A stretch of DNA of 64,000 nt from an uncultured Verrucomicrobia subdivision 3 bacterium. Its GTDB lineage: Bacteria; Verrucomicrobiota; Verrucomicrobiia; Limisphaerales; DASXHY01. Both the position numbers and the translations under genes were made by a program. Below are positions 56,785-64,000 of the stretch, piece after piece (position 1 is the stretch's first letter; the number at the start of each line of letters is the position of its first letter). The DNA lies in the NCBI GenBank assembly GCA_937890005.1, contig CALBZA010000004.1, forward strand, positions 280,573-344,572. The letters run 5' to 3'. The notes beneath the pieces were generated by a model, which worked only from the letters and a program-made list of their open reading frames with translations, was not told the origin of the DNA and made no database searches.

Positions 56785-57639
56785 TCAGTTGCTGGCGTTG
56801 ACATTGGCGGCCGGTCGCGATTGGGAGGGTTGCCGGATTTCCGCGTTGAATACACCCGCAACGCAACTGTGGGCGTCATCAGGAAGGCAGAGATAGATTT
56901 TTCCGGGCAATCGGTTTCCCTTGAGCGCACCGAATTCCAGTTTCATCGCAAAGCCCTTCGTGAACACTTCTGTCTGGTTGGTTCCATCCTGCTTCCAGCG
57001 AAGAGTAATGCGCGGCGACCGGATGTTGTTGGTGTTGATCACGGCCGAACGTCCGCTCAATTCATGCGCCTGGCGTGCGTATAGCGTAACACTCAGTCCC
57101 AGTTCTGGCGGCCACTCTCTTCCCATTCGCAGGTTCAATATTCCGCCCTGCAACACGGCACGATCACAGACGAAATCGCGACCGTTAATTTTTCCAAACG
57201 CGGTTTCTGCGGGATACGTTGCGTCGCTCAGATCGAGTGTCCATTGCACCGTGCCCGACGGCATCGTGGCGGAAGAGGCAAGGTTGTCAGTTGCGCTCGT
57301 GCCATCCGTGCTGCCGTCAGGTTCATTCTTCTTCAAAAGCAGGAACGCCAGACTCGCGACACAAATGATGCCCGCCAGAATCCCGGCAAACATGGGCGCT
57401 TTTCTCGAGTGCGACTGTGGTCTTGGAGCGGCCACAGAAGCGGGTGTGTAGATGGTCCCCGAACTGCGGCGCTTGTTTGCCTCGATGGCTGAGAGAACAA
57501 GCTTTGAATCCGAAGCTCTGCCCTGTGGCACAACAATCCGGCGGAAACATGTGGGGCAGTCGAGTTCGGAACCTGCAGCACTCGAGTCAGCCGTGATGTG
57601 CTGGCCGCAGACAGGACAGGCGAATTTGAACTCACTCAT
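56785..57639 (-). CDS. zinc-ribbon membrane protein, function unknown
   Basis: 284-aa ORF. The N-terminal CPVCGQH...CPTC zinc ribbon is followed by one TM helix (MFAGILAGIICVASLAFLLL) and a C-terminal beta-rich domain. Confidence 0.7.
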   Translation of the reverse strand: MSEFKFACPVCGQHITADSSAAGSELDCPTCFRRIVVPQGRASDSKLVLSAIEANKRRSSGTIYTPASVAAPRPQSHSRKAPMFAGILAGIICVASLAFLLLKKNEPDGSTDGTSATDNLASSATMPSGTVQWTLDLSDATYPAETAFGKINGRDFVCDRAVLQGGILNLRMGREWPPELGLSVTLYARQAHELSGRSAVINTNNIRSPRITLRWKQDGTNQTEVFTKGFAMKLEFGALKGNRLPGKIYLCLPDDAHSCVAGVFNAEIRQPSQSRPAANVNASN

Positions 57640-57940
57640 GCAACCTGGAATGTGTCTTCTGCGAGAAGAGTGGCGGAAGGGGTCGCTTCTGTACCCTTGT
57701 TGTCATCTGGCGATTCGGAAGTTAAGGGGAGACTTCCCTCCCTGCAAGGGAAACCACGAAACGATTGGCGCGAACGCTTTTCAGCGAGACGCCGATAAAC
57801 AACCAACTCATTTGAACAGCCTTGGTCCATGAAAGGCGCGTGATCATGATCGTCATCCAAAGTTTTCTTGAATGTTGAGCAAGTCTTATCTCAATATTCG
57901 CCCAAGCGCGGTTCCACCCAAAGGCGGGTGATTTCATCAT

Positions 57941-58342
57941 ATGCAAGCAGAGAGTGTTGGCCGGTGGCTGTTGCGTCCAGATGCTGTTTCCACCGTATTG
58001 GAAGATGGCGCAGTGATCCTCGATCTGCGCACCAAGTTCTTTTTCTCCGTCAACATTTCAGGTTGGGCCATCGTTCAGATGTTTGAAGCCGGCGCAACCC
58101 GCTCTGAAGTTCTCGCCGCAAGCGCCAATTGGGGAGCCGGCAATGACGACCATCCGGCCATCAACGCCTTCATCGATCAACTGCTCGCTGAACAGCTGCT
58201 GGAGCCCGCAAGCGGCACGGCCGCCGCACGATCCGACGTTGCGGTGACGGCATGGACGCCGCCCCTGCTGAGCAAACACAAGGAACCCCTTCAGCGCATC
58301 ATGGTAAGCGCCTTTGACCCTGGCTTGCCTCTTGCCGAATGA
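57941..58342 (+). CDS. PqqD-family RiPP recognition element protein (lasso B1-like) with ~40-aa C-terminal extension
   Basis: 133-aa ORF. LEDGAVILDLRTKFFFSVNISGWAIVQMFEAGATRSEVL...INAFIDQLLAEQLL fits the PqqD/RRE winged-helix pattern. ATGA overlap with the next gene. Confidence 0.8.
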   Translation: MQAESVGRWLLRPDAVSTVLEDGAVILDLRTKFFFSVNISGWAIVQMFEAGATRSEVLAASANWGAGNDDHPAINAFIDQLLAEQLLEPASGTAAARSDVAVTAWTPPLLSKHKEPLQRIMVSAFDPGLPLAE

Positions 58343-59361
58343 GTGCCTCGGCCGCTCCTTCATCACAGAATCGCCAGTCAGTTTACCGATGCGGACCCGT
58401 TCGCCTGGTTATCGATTTCGACGAATCGGAATTCGCTGATTGCCTGAACCCATTGTTGAGCCAGTACGATGCGCCGTGGGATACAGCAGCGAATACCATC
58501 CACGTTCTCGTTCAACACAGCGATTGTCCCGCGGATTTTTCGGAGGTATCGGGAAGCTACCTGACGCTGCAGCGGTTGCGGGTGGACCTGATTGATCAAC
58601 GGCTCGTTGCGATCGGGCCGCTGGGTTCGAGAATGGATTTCGATCTGAATCTCGGCCGGGCCCGAATCCTTGTACCGACCTGTTCCGATCGCGCCGGTCA
58701 GATAGAGGAGGTCGAGCAACAATTCGTCCTGTTGCTGGCACGGGCATGGGCGCAGTCAGGATGGACGCCGCTTCATGCCGGGTCGCTTGTGCCGCCGGGG
58801 CAGCATCGATGCATCCTGCTTTGCGCACCGTCCGGTTCCGGAAAAACGACGCTCACCTCGGCCCTGCTGCGGCGCGGCTGGAAAACACTGGGAGACGACA
58901 AAACCCTTTTACGCATGCAGAACGGCACCACCTGCGCGCGGGCGCTGGCGCATCGCTTTCATCTGCATCCGGAGGCGGCGCGTTGGTTTCCCGAAGCCAG
59001 GAATCTGTCGGACTGGCCTCGTTATTCACGCTGGACGGACAAGCGAGTCGTGCAGATTGAGGCAATCTGGCCGGGGAGACTTCTCGTTGAATCGATTCCG
59101 GGAGGCCTGGTTCAGGTGGAGAGGAGTTCTGAAGAATTCCCGCTCACCGTGGTTCCGTTGAACACGACGGAAACCTTCAACGTGCTTTTGAGGCAGATTG
59201 TCGTCCCGGGTGAAGCCAGCCATGCCCGACCGCTGGTGAATTGCGCGGCTCAGACTGCTTCGCGGCTCCGCGGCGCGCGCGTCCGGGTTGGGCACAATGC
59301 ATTCCTCAGGCCGCAATTTGCCGAAGAATTGGAAAAAGCATTGCTGAGCCTGCTGGCATGA
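58339..59361 (+). CDS. HPr-kinase-related (HprK C-terminal-like) P-loop kinase
   Basis: 340-aa ORF. LHAGSLVPPGQHRCILLCAPSGSGKTTLTSALLRRGWKTLGDDKTLL matches the HprK-related kinases found in lasso-peptide-type clusters. Confidence 0.8.
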   Translation: MSASAAPSSQNRQSVYRCGPVRLVIDFDESEFADCLNPLLSQYDAPWDTAANTIHVLVQHSDCPADFSEVSGSYLTLQRLRVDLIDQRLVAIGPLGSRMDFDLNLGRARILVPTCSDRAGQIEEVEQQFVLLLARAWAQSGWTPLHAGSLVPPGQHRCILLCAPSGSGKTTLTSALLRRGWKTLGDDKTLLRMQNGTTCARALAHRFHLHPEAARWFPEARNLSDWPRYSRWTDKRVVQIEAIWPGRLLVESIPGGLVQVERSSEEFPLTVVPLNTTETFNVLLRQIVVPGEASHARPLVNCAAQTASRLRGARVRVGHNAFLRPQFAEELEKALLSLLA

Positions 59362-60251
59362 ACGATTCACCCGTTGTCAGCGTCGTCATCCCCGTTCTGA
59401 ATGGAGAGAAGACTCTCGGTCATTTGCTCGCCGCGCTGACATCACAATCGGGCCTCGCTGGAAAAGTCGAGATTCTTGTCGTGGACAACGGTTCAACCGA
59501 TCGCACCGTCGAAGTTGCAAAGCAAACCGGGGTAACCGTGCTGCATCAACCGGTTCAGGGACCTTCCGCAGCTCGAAATCTTGGACTGAGGCATGCCCGC
59601 TCAAACGTGGTGATCTTCACAGATGCCGACACCGTGCCCACGCGCCGATGGCTCTCCGCGCTCCTGACCGAGTTCGAGGACACGGAAACCATTCTGGCCA
59701 CCGGTCCGATTCATGGCTGGATGCCAGCCACTCCCGTCGAACGGTATGCCGCGACGCAAATCCACGCCGAGAAAGAAAAAACGGCGGAGCATCCGCGCCA
59801 TCCGTTTGCCCACGGGATGAACTTCGCCGTTCAACGGGAAGCGCTTCTGGCAATCGGCGGATGGGATGAAGCGATGTCGAGTGGCGAGGATGTGGATTGC
59901 GCCCTTCGGCTTCAGCAGCGGTTCGGAAAACGAATCCGGTTTTCGGACCAGGCGGTGATCTTTCACAAAATGCGCGAGACCGAAGAGGCGCTTTGGAAAC
60001 AGGCGCGCTGGCATGGGGCCGGTTATGCCCTTGTGCATCTTCGACACCGGAATCTTCCTTCACCGGTCTGGCGGTGCGGCATCGCTTTCGCGATGGTGGC
60101 CCTGCTGCACGGGGCCTCACCTGTGATGGAAGCCGGCCGCCGGGTCAAACTGATCAGTCCCGAACGCGCCGAATTCGAACGTTTTCACCGCCGTTACCTG
60201 ATGCATTTCTGGGGCGCATTCTTCGCGCAGTGGAGAAAGGGCGGGATATGA
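59358..60251 (+). CDS. family 2 glycosyltransferase
   Basis: 297 aa from the ATG at 59358 (ATGA overlap). VSVVIPVLNGEKTL and the DxD motif in FTDADTVP. Confidence 0.88.
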   Translation: MNDSPVVSVVIPVLNGEKTLGHLLAALTSQSGLAGKVEILVVDNGSTDRTVEVAKQTGVTVLHQPVQGPSAARNLGLRHARSNVVIFTDADTVPTRRWLSALLTEFEDTETILATGPIHGWMPATPVERYAATQIHAEKEKTAEHPRHPFAHGMNFAVQREALLAIGGWDEAMSSGEDVDCALRLQQRFGKRIRFSDQAVIFHKMRETEEALWKQARWHGAGYALVHLRHRNLPSPVWRCGIAFAMVALLHGASPVMEAGRRVKLISPERAEFERFHRRYLMHFWGAFFAQWRKGGI

Positions 60252-61162
60252 ATCCGCGACTGTCGGTTGTCATTCCCGCATTCAACGCAGAAAACCAGGT
60301 CGCGGACGCTGTCCGCGCGGTGATTTCGCAGCCGTTGCCGCGCGAATCCTTCGAATGCCTGGTGGTCGATGATTGTTCCAAAGACGGAACGGCCGAAGCA
60401 GCCCACAATGCGGGAGCCGTTGTGATCCGACATGCGACGAATCGTGGACCAAGCGCGGCCCGCAACACGGGTGTGGAGGCTGCACGCGGAGAATGGATTG
60501 TTTTTACCGATTCTGATTGTGTGCCCTCCCGTCGTTGGTTGCCGTCCATGCTGACGGCGGCCGACGCCGCGACGAGATCGACGTTGGCGCTGGCCGGCAA
60601 GACAGTCGGGTTGAATTCTCAAACACCGGCGGCGCGCTTCATGGATCTGATTGGCGGGCTCGACGCGGAGAATTATCTGCGTCACGAAGTGATGCCTTGG
60701 GCGCCTTCGTGCAATCTGGCCGTTCGACGGGCCGATTTGCTGGCAGTCGGCGGGTTTGACCCGGGCTTTCTCAACTACGAAACACCTGAACTTCATCTGC
60801 GTCTCCTTGATCGGTTTGGAGGCAAGGTGGTGTGCGTGCCTACTGCATTGGTGATGCATCGGCATCGTGCAACCTGGCGTGAATTCTGGCGGCAGCAGAA
60901 AAGCTATGGACGAGGGTATGCGCACTTCATGCGGCGTTACTCTGATCGCTGGCCGTGGTCGTTGCGGCGCGAACTGATGGCATGGGCACGCCTCGTTCCA
61001 ATCGGTTTACGCGCGTTCACGGGCCGCGGAGATGAGGGCTTGATGCGGCGCGGAATTTTCCTCAAACATCTTGCCCAGCGAGTTGGCTTCAGTCGGGCGT
61101 TCTACTTGAAACAGTTTGGACACACAGATACAACACCATCGCCCGTGCCCGCCTCCTTATGA
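60248..61162 (+). CDS. family 2 glycosyltransferase (second copy)
   Basis: 304 aa from the ATG at 60248 (ATGA overlap). LSVVIPAFNAENQV and FTDSDCVP. Paralogous to the preceding gene. Confidence 0.88.
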   Translation: MNPRLSVVIPAFNAENQVADAVRAVISQPLPRESFECLVVDDCSKDGTAEAAHNAGAVVIRHATNRGPSAARNTGVEAARGEWIVFTDSDCVPSRRWLPSMLTAADAATRSTLALAGKTVGLNSQTPAARFMDLIGGLDAENYLRHEVMPWAPSCNLAVRRADLLAVGGFDPGFLNYETPELHLRLLDRFGGKVVCVPTALVMHRHRATWREFWRQQKSYGRGYAHFMRRYSDRWPWSLRRELMAWARLVPIGLRAFTGRGDEGLMRRGIFLKHLAQRVGFSRAFYLKQFGHTDTTPSPVPASL

Positions 61163-61677
61163 ATCCTTCGCCTACACCCAAGCTCACAGGCAGCCGCCTG
61201 CCGGTCTGGCTGGCGATGGGGCATTTTATTTTGCGCGCTCCGGCGCGGCTGGAGCGCATGTCTTTGCCGGCATTTTTGAGCCGGGTGGCTGCTGAGCCAC
61301 GCTATGGGATGAGCTTTGCCGAGGTGGAACGATTGAGACGGCGATGGCTGCGTCTGCCATGGTTGCGAAGCGCGAACACGTGCTACTTGAACTCGCTGGT
61401 GATCTTCCGATTTGTTGATCCCAATGGCGGAGATCTCAGTTTGCATTTTGGAGTGGATGAACCTCGGGGAGACGAGCGTCTGCACGGTCACGCCTGGGTC
61501 TGCCTGGATGGCGAACCGCTGAATCCTCCCCCTTCACTGGCGGAAGGCCGGCTTAAGGAGATCTTCCGCTATTCCCTGCTCACCGGCGCGTCTTCAGCAG
61601 ATGGCGCAACGTTTGCCGCCGCCATGATCCGTGCCGGCGACGAGGTCCTCGTGCCGTCACCACCGTCTCCGGTGTAA
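61159..61677 (+). CDS. lasso-peptide B2-type transglutaminase-like cysteine protease
   Basis: 172-aa ORF (ATGA overlap). Catalytic Cys in ANTCYLNSLV and His in LHGHAWVCLDGEPLN, with the spacing typical of McjB/B2 proteins. Confidence 0.8.
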   Translation: MNPSPTPKLTGSRLPVWLAMGHFILRAPARLERMSLPAFLSRVAAEPRYGMSFAEVERLRRRWLRLPWLRSANTCYLNSLVIFRFVDPNGGDLSLHFGVDEPRGDERLHGHAWVCLDGEPLNPPPSLAEGRLKEIFRYSLLTGASSADGATFAAAMIRAGDEVLVPSPPSPV

Positions 61678-62614
61678 TCAACCACCGACCCAGCCAAACG
61701 GGCCCCGTCGGACGGATTTGCTCCACCCAACGTGTGATTGCCCTGTCACCGAATGCGCGCATTGCAAGATTCAGCCCGGTTGCGAGACAGAAGCCTGCGC
61801 CCGTTTTCCTGACGCATTCACGCAGGGAGGCTTCGTCGATGGCTCCCGCCCGTTCTCGTGCCGCCTGGGTGATGTCACAAAGGTGCTGCAATTTGTCGAA
61901 TCCGTGACTGGCTGCTCCATGCACCGCCGCGATGACCAGCAGGCCCGCCGGAGACGGACGCCAAAGGCCATTGCGATCCCGTTCCAGCGGCAGGTCTTCC
62001 AGTCGCACCGAAACACCGCGCCGCACCGTTGGCGAGTTGACGAGGTTGTCATGGATTTCCACTGTCGCACCCGGCATGGCGGGATGTTGATATTGCACTT
62101 CCGCATAAGCCTCGGCCGCATGCTTCAGGTGAGTTGGAACGATTTTATAGCCAAGTTTGATCAGGACGTCGTCTGCATCCTTTCGGTGTTCGCTGCGCAC
62201 CAGCAAATCCACATCTCCGAAAAAACGCAGTGCAGGCCTGGCGTACAGGCGGGTGGCAAAGTCAGCCCCTTTCAATACGACAGCCGGGATTCCAGCGGTG
62301 GCCAGTTCTTTGACCAGACGCTGGGTTTCTGCGGTGAGAAACATGGAAATGGCGGCGCGTTTGGCCGAACATTCGCGGGACAGATTCAGGGCGGGGGAAA
62401 CATCGCTTGCGGCATCCGGGTTGATCAAGAGACGCCCAGGTTCTTCCTTTAGCAATCGTTCCACGTGACCCAGCACGACGGGCAGCACGCCGTGGGCATG
62501 TGCCAGTTCACAAAGGGCGATGACATCCTTCGGCTTCAGGCGATTTTTCGGCAGGGATGGAGGCAAGCCTTCTGAATCCGACAGGCTCAACAACCAATGC
62601 TCTTCAGGTGTCAT
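61580..62614 (-). CDS. NTP_transf_5-type nucleotidyltransferase family protein
   Basis: 344-aa ORF. VLKGADFATRLYARPALRFFGDVDLLV...LGY is the motif set of the uncharacterised nucleotidyltransferases that accompany HprK-like kinases. Confidence 0.75.
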   Translation of the reverse strand: MTPEEHWLLSLSDSEGLPPSLPKNRLKPKDVIALCELAHAHGVLPVVLGHVERLLKEEPGRLLINPDAASDVSPALNLSRECSAKRAAISMFLTAETQRLVKELATAGIPAVVLKGADFATRLYARPALRFFGDVDLLVRSEHRKDADDVLIKLGYKIVPTHLKHAAEAYAEVQYQHPAMPGATVEIHDNLVNSPTVRRGVSVRLEDLPLERDRNGLWRPSPAGLLVIAAVHGAASHGFDKLQHLCDITQAARERAGAIDEASLRECVRKTGAGFCLATGLNLAMRAFGDRAITRWVEQIRPTGPVWLGRWLITPETVVTARGPRRRHGSWRRQTLRHLLKTRR

Positions 62615-62810
62615 GCTGATGAATTCTATCTCAGAGACACTTCCTGAATCATGATTGTTGAGGAACCGGGCTCATTGCTTGCGCACACGAGTTTTCCCGT
62701 TTGATCGTAAAAGTTCATCCGAAGTTTGTCGTCTCCGATGAGCGGCCGCGCGGTTGTGCCGCGCGCTGGAGTAAACTCGAACAGGCAGGTGAAATTGCCG
62801 GAACTGCGGT

Positions 62811-64000
62811 TCAGCCGACGTATGGATGTTTCCATGGCGCCCGATACTCCCGCTTGAGCAAACGGGCCGCCGCGTCATTGCCTTCAATCTGCCCCGTGCC
62901 GGCATTCCATTGCACTTTGCTTCCGGTTTCGTAGGCAATCATCGCAAGTTGGACAGCCGAGGTGGAGAGTTCGGCATCCGCGACGCTGCACAGGGATTCT
63001 GTCTTTTGTCGGGTGCGTACGGCGGTGAGAAAATCAGCCATGTGTGCCACGCTCGTGTCCGCTCGGACCTGGGTCACCTTGTTTTGCTGTCCGCGTCCTT
63101 TCGGCACCACGACCCAGCGATCGTCTGTCACAAACACCGTCTCCTTCTCGCCATAGAAGAAAATTCCATTCGAAATTTCCGGATTGTATTCCGCAGCGCC
63201 ATACATGCGGTGACGCCAGATCACCGGACACTGTTCGAAATCGAAATGCGCGGTCAGCACATCCGGGGTGGTGATCTTGTCCTTCAAGTAATAGGTCCCG
63301 CCTGCAGCCTGAATGGTCTTTGGCGCCGTCTCGCCCAGAATCCAGCGCGCCGCGTCGATGAGATGGATTCCCCAATCCACCAGATGTCCGTGGCCGTATT
63401 CCTTTTCCAGCCGCCACGCCATGTGTCCGACGTTCGGCGAGTAAGGCAGCTTGGGCGCCGGTCCGCACCATTGCTCCCAGTCCAGACTGGCGGGCGGATT
63501 CTGGGGTGTTCCGTCCCGGACATCTGCCCGGTAATTGATTTGCGCTTCAACCTGAATGATGCGACCGGGACCGCCCTGTCGAATGTAATCCTTCGCCTGT
63601 TGAATAGCCGGACTCTGCCTTCTTTGAAATCCGACCTGAACAATGCGTCCCGATTTCTCCGCCGCGGCCTTCATGGCCTGCCCTTCCCGAACGTCGTAAG
63701 CCAGCGGCTTTTCGCAATACACATCGAGATTGTGCTCCAGCGCAGCAATCAACTGAAGTGCATGCCAGTGTGGCGGCGTGGCAATGATCACCGCCTGGAG
63801 TCCGTCCATCTTGAGCAGCTCTTCGTAATGCTTGAATGTCTTTGGCCGGCTTTTCTGAAGAGATTCAACCTTTGCGGCACTCTTCTCCAAATGCTCGGAA
63901 TCGACATCACACAGACCCACCACTTCGACGCCACCCGCCTTGAAGGCCGCTTCGACATCCACCATTCCCCACCAGCCGCAACCGATTACCCCGAGCTTCA
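62811..64000 (-). CDS. Gfo/Idh/MocA-family NAD(P)-dependent oxidoreductase (5' end outside the window)
   Basis: The ORF runs off the right edge. The last codons in the window read KLGVIGCGWWGMVDV (Rossmann GxGxxG). The rest has the typical EKPLA and GFQRR motifs and the C-terminal alpha/beta domain. Confidence 0.88.
   Translation of the reverse strand, partial: KLGVIGCGWWGMVDVEAAFKAGGVEVVGLCDVDSEHLEKSAAKVESLQKSRPKTFKHYEELLKMDGLQAVIIATPPHWHALQLIAALEHNLDVYCEKPLAYDVREGQAMKAAAEKSGRIVQVGFQRRQSPAIQQAKDYIRQGGPGRIIQVEAQINYRADVRDGTPQNPPASLDWEQWCGPAPKLPYSPNVGHMAWRLEKEYGHGHLVDWGIHLIDAARWILGETAPKTIQAAGGTYYLKDKITTPDVLTAHFDFEQCPVIWRHRMYGAAEYNPEISNGIFFYGEKETVFVTDDRWVVVPKGRGQQNKVTQVRADTSVAHMADFLTAVRTRQKTESLCSVADAELSTSAVQLAMIAYETGSKVQWNAGTGQIEGNDAAARLLKREYRAPWKHPYVG

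Noticed and set aside
57636-57860. 74-aa minus-strand ORF (TTG start, MDDDHDHAPFMDQG...) whose stop overlaps the start of the zinc-ribbon gene as ATGA.
   Set aside because: The junction is suggestive. However, the ORF has a non-ATG start, an acidic low-complexity N-terminus and no recognisable motif, so I cannot support it as a gene without conservation data.
1-64000. Scan for tRNA/rRNA genes, riboswitch-like leaders, transposases, integrases and prophage genes.
   Set aside because: No T-loop/acceptor-type signatures were seen in the intergenic spacers by eye. No ORF carries DDE, tyrosine or serine recombinase motifs or phage structural motifs. Absence should be confirmed with tRNAscan-SE/Infernal/ISfinder.

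Overview
High-GC bacterial chromosomal segment. It is probably from a Verrucomicrobiota-type organism, inferred from autotransporter-associated beta-strand repeat proteins, pseudopilin-like 'CVNNLKQLGLA' proteins and dispersed GC-rich intergenic palindromes. Coding density is high, with many ATGA/TAATG start-stop overlaps. I found no rRNA, tRNA, CRISPR array, transposase or integrase.

Gene content from left to right:
- DUF3516-type helicase, dinB, a CorA-like protein, and malQ with CBM20 modules.
- A long minus-strand array: TetR, small ORF, RND adaptor, a 1547-aa RND pump fused to an outer-membrane factor, MFS, trxA, sigma-70.
- A CgeB-like glycosyltransferase.
- A phospholipid operon: CDP-alcohol phosphatidyltransferase, cdsA, plsC.
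- An nfeD-slipin pair bracketed by inverted copies of a ~200-240 bp repeat.
- argH plus a thioesterase.
- A tightly packed five-gene minus-strand operon: CBM48-like/gluconate-2-dehydrogenase-subunit-3 fusion, GMC flavoenzyme, two paralogous cupin proteins with an unknown N-terminal domain, and a CBM48-GH13 enzyme.
- A 13-14-blade-repeat secreted protein.
- An 8-bp x11 tandem repeat.
- A decayed type I R-M locus: hsdM with its core deleted, an intact four-helix-bundle gene, hsdS fragments, and 5'-truncated hsdR.
- An expansin-like protein, a large beta-strand-repeat protein, and GH43/GH2/GH78-like hydrolases.
- Aminotransferase, rhodanese and cinA.
- A lasso-peptide-like accessory cluster (PqqD/RRE, HprK-like kinase, two GT2, B2 protease, NTP_transf_5 nucleotidyltransferase) with no recognisable cyclase or precursor.

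The best candidates for something undescribed are the CBM48-GMC-cupin-GH13 operon, the cyclase-less lasso-like cluster and the RND-OMF fusion. All functional calls rest on motif and architecture recognition by eye. No database search was run.
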